A program made the translations under genes and the position numbers. From IMG/VR virus record IMGVR_UViG_3300021964_009400: a DNA stretch of 64,000 nt; one strand, 5' to 3'. Origin of the DNA: a virus. Its lineage: Duplodnaviria; Caudoviricetes. Of the stretch, positions 8,247 to 16,390 are shown one piece after another. The notes beneath the pieces are model-generated. The model was not told where the DNA came from. It saw nothing but the letters and a program-made list of their open reading frames with translations, and did no database searches. Every line of letters starts with the position of its first letter. The first letter of the stretch is position 1.

Positions 8247-10867
8247 TGAAAAAACTTCTTTACATACTATTACTTTTACCCACTTTAGTTTTAGGACAAT
8301 TAGGTGGACCAACTTCATCAGATGTTTCTGATGGTGAAGGTGCGGCAACTTTGGTATGGTTAGGAACTCCATCAAACTCAAGTGAATCGATTTCTAATAT
8401 CAGACCTGGTGATACAATCGTAATGGGGATTAAGATTCACAACTACAAAAATAATAACCCAATAACTTATGCTCACATTGATGTTCAGTATGATAAAAGA
8501 AAATACACAAAAATAAGTCATGTATTTAGTTCATCTGCAAGTGGAACTTCACACTTCATGGGTGATAATCTTTCAATAACTTGGACAAATAGTTATGACC
8601 ACTATGATATATGGAGTCAATGGTCTCGTGGTGGTAGTTATGGAAGTAATTCTAATTATTGGGTTGACCATTATCAAGCAACTGCAACTAATAATGATTT
8701 AGCATCTCTTGATTGGTATGTAAAAGTAAATCTATTAGTAAAAGATTATAATGAAGATTTAGATTATACAGATGGTATTATTGTAACAATGGGTCAAATG
8801 ACAGAAAGTAATGGTACTTCTTATGACCCAATGTATGCATATGAGTACCAAGATTTCTCTTATGCTCCACTACAAGCTGCACCAACATTCTCTTCAGCAG
8901 TTAGTGATGGACAAGATGCAGTAATTTACAAATCATTTAAAATAAACGATTATGATTCAAATGGTGGTCAATCAGAATATAATGCTCATCCTCAGAGTTC
9001 ATCTGATTTTGATGCTATGTTTGATTATGCAAATAAGAAAACTACTGAGTGGACACATTATGGTAGAGAAACTGCAACAAAGGCATTTACTTGGCCATGG
9101 AGTAATATCTTACCAAGACATGCTAATAGTAATTTCGGTTGGGAAATTGAAGCAAAATTTATAGCAGAAGAAACAGGTACATATACATTCCAAGTAAGTT
9201 CAGATGATAGAAGTGATTTCTTTTTTGATTCTAATATAGATGGAAACATGACAAACACTAACTTGGCTTATAATAATGGAGCAAGAACTGTTGATATCGA
9301 TTTAACTGCTGATAATGTTTATTCATTTAGAGTTAGATACGAACAAGGAGTTGGTGGTGCAAATTTATATTTGAAATGGAAAAGACCATCTGATTCTGAT
9401 TATCAATTTAATGAAGATGAAATATGGAGTGTTAGTCCAGCAAGTATTCCTCATAAATTAGATGTAGTTTATAATATCAATGATGATTTAGATAAAAGTA
9501 AATTCAGTTCAAAGTTAGAATATGATAATGGAACAGTAAATGGTACAAAAACTGAATCATTAGGAACGAATGGACAAGTATCATATAATGATGATGATGG
9601 TGGAGTTTATTCTACTCAAGTAAATACTGGTAATAAGAAAGCAAACACAACTGGTGGTTCGGTAGAGTGGATTGTAGTTTATGATTATGATAATACAAAC
9701 AATAGATACAGAGTTGGTATCGATAGTAGAGAATTTACAAACCAACAACCAGATTGGGATACGGTAACTAAATTAAAATTATTTGATTTATGGGATGGTT
9801 CAGTAACACCAAAGAGTGGTAACAACAATGCAGATACTCATTGGAACGAATATTGGATTTATACAGATACAGAACTTGATTGGAGTAATTCAACATTTTC
9901 ATCTTATATTAGAGATGCAAGTGGTTTTTATGGATTAAAAGCAGAAGTTGAATTTGTAGATGTTACAAGTTATGTAAATCACGATTTATTATTAGAAGTT
10001 GATGGAACTTATTATTCAGAACAATATTCAAATGTAGTTACAATACAAGATGTTGCTTTAGCATTTAGTGAACTTACGAGTGGTGGTAGTATAGGACCTA
10101 ACCCAAGTAGTGGTGGTACATTTACAACTGGTATTGAATATGTAGTTTCTGATGTTAATGAAGATGGTAAATTTGATTTTGTAGATACACAATTAATGTT
10201 AGAACATTTATTTGGTGATACAGACCCATTTGAAGGAAATGTATTTGATGATGTTGTAATGTTATTTGAAAGTGATTATAATAGTTGGAGTACAACTGAT
10301 TGGTCAACAGGTGTTCCGAGAGGTAAAACTAAAACTTATGTACCAAGTACATCATTCAGTCAAAGAACACAAAGTAACACTTACAATATTGCATTTTTAG
10401 GTGATGTAAACTTTTCTCATTCTGAAGAACCTACAAACTTAACAACATCAGCACAAGAAATGACAATTGCATATTCATCTACTCGTGGTGTAACACAACA
10501 AAGTAATCATATAAATTTTGATATTATAAGAGAAGGTAATCTAATTAGTTTAGAACTTTCAATTCCTTCAAATCAGAAAAATATAATTGGTTCACAGTTT
10601 AAAATTTATTTTGATAATGATAAAGTTGATTACAAAGAAACAGAATTTTCAAATGAATCTATTCCAAATTTTGCAACTGATAGAACTAATTATGTAAACA
10701 TTGGTTCATTTAGTTCAGATGGTTCTAAAAATTTAAATGGAGGTATAACTTATAAATTAAATTTCGAACTTAAATCTGATTTACAATCAACATTAGGATT
10801 ATTTGGAATTAGATTTTGGGAATTGGTAGATAAAGATAATATAAAAGTAGAGCTTAAAATAAAATGA
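8246..10867 (+). CDS. Secreted protein with cohesin-like, PA14, dockerin-like and cohesin-like domains
   Basis: Signal peptide; GTYTFQVSSDDRSDFFFD...FRVRYEQGVGGANLYLKWK (PA14); DVNEDGKFDFVDTQLML (dockerin/EF-like); LGDVNFSH; IIGSQFKIYFDNDKV (cohesin); paralog of 2322..4019. Confidence 0.75.
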   Translation: MKKLLYILLLLPTLVLGQLGGPTSSDVSDGEGAATLVWLGTPSNSSESISNIRPGDTIVMGIKIHNYKNNNPITYAHIDVQYDKRKYTKISHVFSSSASGTSHFMGDNLSITWTNSYDHYDIWSQWSRGGSYGSNSNYWVDHYQATATNNDLASLDWYVKVNLLVKDYNEDLDYTDGIIVTMGQMTESNGTSYDPMYAYEYQDFSYAPLQAAPTFSSAVSDGQDAVIYKSFKINDYDSNGGQSEYNAHPQSSSDFDAMFDYANKKTTEWTHYGRETATKAFTWPWSNILPRHANSNFGWEIEAKFIAEETGTYTFQVSSDDRSDFFFDSNIDGNMTNTNLAYNNGARTVDIDLTADNVYSFRVRYEQGVGGANLYLKWKRPSDSDYQFNEDEIWSVSPASIPHKLDVVYNINDDLDKSKFSSKLEYDNGTVNGTKTESLGTNGQVSYNDDDGGVYSTQVNTGNKKANTTGGSVEWIVVYDYDNTNNRYRVGIDSREFTNQQPDWDTVTKLKLFDLWDGSVTPKSGNNNADTHWNEYWIYTDTELDWSNSTFSSYIRDASGFYGLKAEVEFVDVTSYVNHDLLLEVDGTYYSEQYSNVVTIQDVALAFSELTSGGSIGPNPSSGGTFTTGIEYVVSDVNEDGKFDFVDTQLMLEHLFGDTDPFEGNVFDDVVMLFESDYNSWSTTDWSTGVPRGKTKTYVPSTSFSQRTQSNTYNIAFLGDVNFSHSEEPTNLTTSAQEMTIAYSSTRGVTQQSNHINFDIIREGNLISLELSIPSNQKNIIGSQFKIYFDNDKVDYKETEFSNESIPNFATDRTNYVNIGSFSSDGSKNLNGGITYKLNFELKSDLQSTLGLFGIRFWELVDKDNIKVELKIK

Positions 10868-11208
10868 AAAAATTTTTAATATTAATAGTATTGTTATTAC
10901 TTTCTTGTCAAAAAGATGAGTTGATTGAAGTAGAAATTCCTCAATCATATGAACTTATTTTTGATGAAGTAGAATCAACAATACTTGATGGCCAAGATAT
11001 TTCTTTTGAAGTATCTGTTGAAGGAAAATATTTATTATTAATTACAGATATTGAGAAACAATCTGTAATTTCAAAAGAATCATTTTTGTTACCCATTGGT
11101 ATTGTAACTCGTAAAATCTACACAAAATCTTTACCAAAGAAAAAACTACAACTAACTTTAGAAACTTCAACAGAAGTTCTAAAATCTACTTATATTGTTA
11201 TAGAATAA
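10864..11208 (+). CDS. Lipoprotein with T9SS-CTD-like Ig domain (paralog of 4029..4400)
   Basis: Lipobox LLSC followed by QKDE; ISFEVSVEGKYLLLITD...KIYTKSLPKKKLQLTL. Confidence 0.6.
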   Translation: MKKFLILIVLLLLSCQKDELIEVEIPQSYELIFDEVESTILDGQDISFEVSVEGKYLLLITDIEKQSVISKESFLLPIGIVTRKIYTKSLPKKKLQLTLETSTEVLKSTYIVIE

Positions 11209-11258
11209 TACTTATTGGTAAGGAAACCTTTTTAAAAACTTTGAGGTTATAAAATAAA

Positions 11259-11471
11259 ATGTCAGCAAAAATAAAACCAAGTACAAAAGAATATATTAAG
11301 GTCAATAATAAAATGACCAATAAATTCAGAATAGTTCATTACACACCTTCTAATATAAAAACAGAGGAACTAATTAAATTATATGATTCACCTTCTTATA
11401 AGAGAAAAAAACATCTTATAAAAATTGAATTAGTGAAACGAGGAGTATGGGAAAACTTAAAGAAAAAATAA
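11259..11471 (+). CDS. Hypothetical basic protein
   Basis: ORF track; fits the gene-dense + strand array. Confidence 0.6.
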   Translation: MSAKIKPSTKEYIKVNNKMTNKFRIVHYTPSNIKTEELIKLYDSPSYKRKKHLIKIELVKRGVWENLKKK

Positions 11472-11632
11472 TAGAAAAAGGAAGTAAGATTGTTGCTAAA
11501 TCTCAATCTAAAAAACAATTAGAAAAAGTTCTACCAAAACCAATTGCAAAACAAGTTGCAAAAAAAATTGGTAAAGGAGTAGAATCACTTACTTCATCTG
11601 CTATCGATTTGTGGAATAAATTCAAGAAGTAA
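11447..11632 (+). CDS. Hypothetical protein
   Basis: ORF track; overlaps the upstream gene end. Confidence 0.5.
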   Translation: MGKLKEKIIEKGSKIVAKSQSKKQLEKVLPKPIAKQVAKKIGKGVESLTSSAIDLWNKFKK

Positions 11633-11640
11633 ACTTACCT

Positions 11641-11650
11641 TATATTTATA
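11641..11650 (+). promoter_or_regulatory. TATATTTATA late-type promoter motif
   Basis: Ends 5 nt before ATG 11656; the motif recurs at 12321, 14632, 15181, 16361, 31084, 54291 and 61599. Confidence 0.45.
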
Positions 11651-11655
11651 GTAGT

Positions 11656-12300
11656 ATGTTTATATTCACAGAAGAAAATATCGGTAATATTAAGAATGCT
11701 ATCTATACAACAGATGGTATAAAGGATAAACACGCTGAAAGAATTGAGTATGTTAAAACAAAAGGTTTATTCAAAGATTTAGATTTATCAAAATATTTTC
11801 ACAAAAATCCACCAAAAAATACATCAATGAAAACTCTACAAGAGTTATATTGGTTAAGAGATTTACCAGAAGATAAAGAGTTTGTTGAAAAACACGATGA
11901 TGTTAAAGGTGTATTTAAAGAGGTATGTGAAGAACATGGGATAGAGTTTCCAAAAGAATTAGTTAAAGAACTAATTAAATCATGTTCAATGTTGGAACTA
12001 AAATATCATTTCAATAGACCAAGACCTTACCAACTTGCAGATTATTATAATATTAAGTTGGGTGAGAATATACTTGAAAGTATGAAAACCCCTTCTTACC
12101 CTTCTGGTCATGCTGCACAAGGTATTCTAATAGGTAAAGTTTTACAAACAAAATTACCAATCAATACTAATGCATTTATTGAAGCAGGAGAACGAATATC
12201 TTATTCTCGAAACATTGGTGGAGCACATTATCCTTCGGATTCAGAAATGGGTAAAAACATTGGTCATCGAATGTACGAATATATAATTCACAAGATTTAA
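11656..12300 (+). CDS. PAP2 / acid phosphatase-haloperoxidase superfamily protein
   Basis: Three signature motifs KYHFNRPRP, PSYPSGH, SRNIGGAHYPSD. Confidence 0.85.
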   Translation: MFIFTEENIGNIKNAIYTTDGIKDKHAERIEYVKTKGLFKDLDLSKYFHKNPPKNTSMKTLQELYWLRDLPEDKEFVEKHDDVKGVFKEVCEEHGIEFPKELVKELIKSCSMLELKYHFNRPRPYQLADYYNIKLGENILESMKTPSYPSGHAAQGILIGKVLQTKLPINTNAFIEAGERISYSRNIGGAHYPSDSEMGKNIGHRMYEYIIHKI

Positions 12301-12336
12301 TACTTATATAAAGAAACATTTATATTTATATAGTAT

Positions 12337-13365
12337 ATGGGATGGAGTGATAAATATAAAAAAAGTATAAATTGTAATAATCCCAAAGGTTTTTCACAAA
12401 AAGCACATTGTGCAGGAAGAAAGATTAGGAAAGAAAACATGAAATTATCAGAGTTAAAAAATATAATCAAAGATTTAATTCAAGAAAGAAGTATCAACGC
12501 TATTAGTAAAGCACAAGAAAAAAACGCCACTAGAATAAAAGATACTTTAGAACTTTACAAAAAGGCAAAAGGTGGAAATGATGCTTATAAAAAGAAAAAC
12601 ATTATTAAAGTTTTATATAAACTTAATGATGAAAAGAAAAAATTAGAAAAAGAAATGGATGATAAGATATCATCTTTATATAAAAATGCTGATTACAAAG
12701 GACCGATTGATGAATCAATCGAACTTGGTAAGGTTTATCCTAATCCTTATGCAACTGCATTTAAACCAGAATCTCAAATCAAAGAAGAAGAAAACTCTGT
12801 AAATGAAATGCAGGTTGTAAATAAGAAAACAGGTAAAGATATTACCAGACATGTATTAGATTTGTTAAAGGGTAAAATTGATAAGAAAAAGTTTGAAAAA
12901 CTTACTGGTCTAAAAAAAGAATCAGTAAACGAAAGAATAAATCCAAAGTTCTACGATGCAAGAGTTCAATATATAGACCCTAGAAGTAAGAAAAAGTTTG
13001 TTGGTGATGTAGTTAGATATGATAATGGTGAATACAAAGTTAACTTAGGTAAAGATGGTAGATTTGAAAAATATATCTTGGCAAAAGAAAAAGATTTGAA
13101 AATTGTATCTAAATCTACAAAAAGAACATTTGAATCAGTAAATGAAGAGGCTGATGACCATGAAGTAGGTATGGGATTATCATCTTTAAAATCATCAGTT
13201 CGTTCCGCTAAAATCATTTATGATAATATAAAAAAAAGAAACATTGAAGAATTAGATGGTTGGGTACAAGAAAAATTAACTCTTGCATCTGATTACCTTA
13301 AAAATGTTGCTGATTACATGGAAGATTTAGACGAATACGATAAAGATGGAACAAGTAATAACTGA
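12337..13365 (+). CDS. Probable virion/internal head polyprotein
   Basis: N-terminal WSDKYKKSINCNNPKGFSQKAHCAG motif; repeated (E/N)SVNE segments; DHEVGM...ELDGWVQEKLTLASDY module seen in large-phage proteins. Confidence 0.5.
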   Translation: MGWSDKYKKSINCNNPKGFSQKAHCAGRKIRKENMKLSELKNIIKDLIQERSINAISKAQEKNATRIKDTLELYKKAKGGNDAYKKKNIIKVLYKLNDEKKKLEKEMDDKISSLYKNADYKGPIDESIELGKVYPNPYATAFKPESQIKEEENSVNEMQVVNKKTGKDITRHVLDLLKGKIDKKKFEKLTGLKKESVNERINPKFYDARVQYIDPRSKKKFVGDVVRYDNGEYKVNLGKDGRFEKYILAKEKDLKIVSKSTKRTFESVNEEADDHEVGMGLSSLKSSVRSAKIIYDNIKKRNIEELDGWVQEKLTLASDYLKNVADYMEDLDEYDKDGTSNN

Positions 13366-13990
13366 AAATCATAATCACCTTATGGAACTATTAGGAGCAT
13401 TTCTAACTGGTGTAGTTGGTCCAGTACTATATCTTATAGTAAGTAAGTATATGGCCAACCACAAAGATAAGAAAAGAGATAAGGTCAGAGAAACCATAGT
13501 AAATACCAATCTCATTAACGATGAGTTAGAAGAAATCAGAGAAGAATTTAAATCAGATAGAGTTTGGATTTCTCAGTTTCACAATGGTGGTAATTTTTAT
13601 CCCACAGGTAAATCAATCCAAAAGTTCTCAATATTCTACGAAGTTACAAAAGCAGGAGTTTCATCAGTATCACACACTTTCAATAATATCCCCACTTCAT
13701 TATATCCAAAAGCATTTGACCATATGTTAAATGGTGAACAAAAAGGAATCTTTATAAATGATTTCTATGACCCGAAAGTTGCAACTTATGGATTAAAAGG
13801 AGCAGCTGAATCAGTAGGAACAAAATCTTCATATGTGATTCCTATGTTTACTTTAGATGAAAAATTTGTAGGTTCACTTGGTTTAGATTATGTAGGTAGA
13901 AAAAGAAAACTTACCAAAAGCGAATGGGAACACCTACAAATTAAAGCAGGTAGAATTGCAGGATATATTTCATCATATTTAGAAAAATAA
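13346..13990 (+). CDS. Single-TM protein with soluble GAF-like C-terminal domain (holin T-like candidate)
   Basis: One TM (LLGAFLTGVVGPVLYLIV), then RVWISQFHNGG...YVIPMFTLDEKFVGSLGLDY, a GAF-like pattern. Confidence 0.4.
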   Translation: MEQVITENHNHLMELLGAFLTGVVGPVLYLIVSKYMANHKDKKRDKVRETIVNTNLINDELEEIREEFKSDRVWISQFHNGGNFYPTGKSIQKFSIFYEVTKAGVSSVSHTFNNIPTSLYPKAFDHMLNGEQKGIFINDFYDPKVATYGLKGAAESVGTKSSYVIPMFTLDEKFVGSLGLDYVGRKRKLTKSEWEHLQIKAGRIAGYISSYLEK

Positions 13991-13999
13991 TCCAAAAAA

Positions 14000-14041
14000 G
14001 CCATTGTAGTCTCAACTTTTTTTCGTATATTTACTATGTAA
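14000..14041 (+). promoter_or_regulatory. Conserved phage early promoter (copy 1 of 7)
   Basis: GCCATTGTAGTCTC; 19 nt from CATTG to TATATTTA; then ctaTGTAA. Confidence 0.8.
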
Positions 14042-14069
14042 ATAATTAATAACACTTAAAACTTAAACT

Positions 14070-14225
14070 ATGTATTCTTTAGATTGTTCTTTTTTCTCTG
14101 AAACTTTTGACTCGATTGATGAATTAATCAATTATGTAATGATGAATGGTTCAGACCCCAACTACGAAATCACTAAAAATGGAAATTCAACTGGTGAAAT
14201 GGCAATAGATTTAATACAATTTTAA
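14070..14225 (+). CDS. Small hypothetical protein (51 aa)
   Basis: MYSLDCSFFSETFDSIDELINYVMMNGSDPNYEITKNGNSTGEMAIDLIQF; directly downstream of the early promoter and A-rich leader. Confidence 0.65.
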   Translation: MYSLDCSFFSETFDSIDELINYVMMNGSDPNYEITKNGNSTGEMAIDLIQF

Positions 14226-14226
14226 T

Positions 14227-14619
14227 ATGACATTAAAAGATATAAAAGAAATAGTAAAAGAAGTTTACCCAAAGATTGAAAAGTATTATGGGTATTCAAA
14301 GTTCTTTCCTGAAGTAACTCCTTATATCGAATATGAAACTTCAATCTATGGTAGATTGAGTGGTGAAGAAGATGATGGTTCAATGGGTGAAGAATCACCA
14401 GATGCAGAGTTCGATAGAATTGATAACTCAATTGTTATCTACTATCCTAAAATGAAATCAAAAAAACATATCGTGGAAACTTTAGTTCACGAATACCAAC
14501 ATTATCTACAATCTCCTTTGTGGATGAAAAGATATTACACTATGGGTTATCATTATGGAAATCATCCATATGAGATTGCTGCAACAAAAGAAGAATCTAA
14601 CTATAAAATGTTTATATAA
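14227..14619 (+). CDS. Zinc metallopeptidase-like protein (HExxH)
   Basis: ETLVHEYQHYLQ and NHPYEIAA. Confidence 0.7.
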   Translation: MTLKDIKEIVKEVYPKIEKYYGYSKFFPEVTPYIEYETSIYGRLSGEEDDGSMGEESPDAEFDRIDNSIVIYYPKMKSKKHIVETLVHEYQHYLQSPLWMKRYYTMGYHYGNHPYEIAATKEESNYKMFI

Positions 14620-14645
14620 AACATTACAAACTATTTATACAAGAT

Positions 14646-15173
14646 ATGTTACCAAGAAGTTTATTTGTTGAAAGTAAGAAACTCAGAGTATTTGATTTTG
14701 ATGATACTCTTGTAAAAACTACATCTTTTATTTATGTTACTAATAATGGTAAAACAAGAAAACTTACACCTGGTCAGTATGCAATCTATAATGAAAAACC
14801 AGGTGATGAATTTGATTTTAAAGATTTTGAAAAAGTACAAAATCCAAATGAAATAAAAAAAATAACTAAAGTTCTACGAAGAATTGTTGCATCGAGTGGT
14901 GGACAAGGAGTTCACATTCTTACTGCAAGAGCTGCACACAAACCGATTAGACAATACCTCAAAGATATCGGTATCAATATGAGTAAAATATATGTAACTG
15001 CATTGGCATCTAACAATCCAAAGGATAAAGCTGATTGGATTGAAGATAAGATTGATAATGAAGATTATGATGATGTTTACTTTGCTGATGATTCTAAAAA
15101 GAATGTAGATGCCACCAAAAAAATGTTAAGAAGAAAAGATATTAGGTGGAGAGTTCAACACATAAAACACTAA
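14646..15173 (+). CDS. HAD-superfamily hydrolase
   Basis: VFDFDDTL (motif I), ILTAR (motif II), FADDSKKN (motif IV). Confidence 0.8.
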   Translation: MLPRSLFVESKKLRVFDFDDTLVKTTSFIYVTNNGKTRKLTPGQYAIYNEKPGDEFDFKDFEKVQNPNEIKKITKVLRRIVASSGGQGVHILTARAAHKPIRQYLKDIGINMSKIYVTALASNNPKDKADWIEDKIDNEDYDDVYFADDSKKNVDATKKMLRRKDIRWRVQHIKH

Positions 15174-15191
15174 AATCCTATATTTATAGAT

Positions 15192-16202
15192 ATGAGACAC
15201 CTACTATTTATTTTATGGGTGTTGTTACTCACAAGTTGCAGTTCAACATTTCAATTATCAAGTTATTACAACAATGACCCAATTTATGGTGTCGTAGAAT
15301 CAACAGGTGATACAATTAAAATCGATGTATTAGATTCAGATTGGGATTTAGATAGAAAATTCAGATTCGATGATAAATTTAGATGGAACTTTGCTCAATA
15401 TGCAATGAACCAAGATTTAAGATGGCACTATGATTTCTATTGGAATAATAGAATGTATAGAAGTCCATTTGCATCCCCATTTGATTTTTATTGGAACTCA
15501 AACCAATATTGGTGGAATTGGTCATCTAACTATCCTTTCAATTATGAATTTAATCATTGGGATAGATTTGGTTTTTATGGATATAGATATTGGAATGACC
15601 CATTTAGATTTGGAAATAGTTGGGCATGGGGATATAAACCAAATAGATGGTTCAGATATAATCGAGGATTTGCATACAATTTCCCTACAAACAATAGAAA
15701 CATCTCATATAACATAGGTAGGAGAGGTTCTAATGGAGTTGTAGTAACTCCAAGTGGTAGTAGAGGGAATTCAAATGTAACTATTAACAGAGGTAGAAAT
15801 AGTAGTGATGTAGTATTACCAAGAAATTATAGAAATATTGATGTTAAACCCAACCCTGGTGATGTTGATGTTGTTATTGAAAATAAAAATAGAACTCGTT
15901 TAGGTAGATTAATACAAAAGTTTGAAAATGCATCTGGTGTAAGAGTTAGAACATATGAAAACCCAAACAATGTTCCTAACAACAATAGAATCAGAAACTA
16001 TAATAGAGTTGAAAATGGTAATAATGTTAATAGAAATAATAACAACAATATAAGAAACTATAACAGACCACCATCAAAAAGTTATTCTACACCACCAAGA
16101 AGTTCATCACCACCTGTAATCAACAGAGGTTCATCAAGTGGCAGAAGTAGTGGAGGAGCAGTTATTAGTAGAGGTTCCTCTGGTCGTAATAACATTGATT
16201 AA
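15192..16202 (+). CDS. Lipoprotein with aromatic/Asn-rich core and N/R/S/G low-complexity tail
   Basis: Lipobox LTSC; W/Y/F/N-rich middle; disordered C-terminus. Confidence 0.7.
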   Translation: MRHLLFILWVLLLTSCSSTFQLSSYYNNDPIYGVVESTGDTIKIDVLDSDWDLDRKFRFDDKFRWNFAQYAMNQDLRWHYDFYWNNRMYRSPFASPFDFYWNSNQYWWNWSSNYPFNYEFNHWDRFGFYGYRYWNDPFRFGNSWAWGYKPNRWFRYNRGFAYNFPTNNRNISYNIGRRGSNGVVVTPSGSRGNSNVTINRGRNSSDVVLPRNYRNIDVKPNPGDVDVVIENKNRTRLGRLIQKFENASGVRVRTYENPNNVPNNNRIRNYNRVENGNNVNRNNNNNIRNYNRPPSKSYSTPPRSSSPPVINRGSSSGRSSGGAVISRGSSGRNNID

Positions 16203-16353
16203 ACTCACCGACATATTATCACAAATTAATGAAGAACCTCAATCAGAATTTAATAGAGTTAAATATTACGAAAAGTATTATAAAAATCTATCCCCAACTG
16301 ATTTTAAAGTCCAATCAAAAGATAATAATATCATTATAAATTTACCAAAGTAA
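16195..16353 (+). CDS. Small hypothetical protein
   Basis: TTG start in frame with the tracked ORF 16138..16353; LIKLTDILSQINEE resembles head-protein leaders. Confidence 0.45.
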   Translation: MIKLTDILSQINEEPQSEFNRVKYYEKYYKNLSPTDFKVQSKDNNIIINLPK

Positions 16354-16390
16354 ATTTCTTTATATTTATATAGGTAAAAGGAATATATAT

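Noticed and set aside
11641-11650. Canonical T4 late promoter TATAAATA
   Set aside because: The motif appears as TATTTATA on the coding strand, the opposite orientation to T4 usage, so it is reported as a distinct candidate motif.
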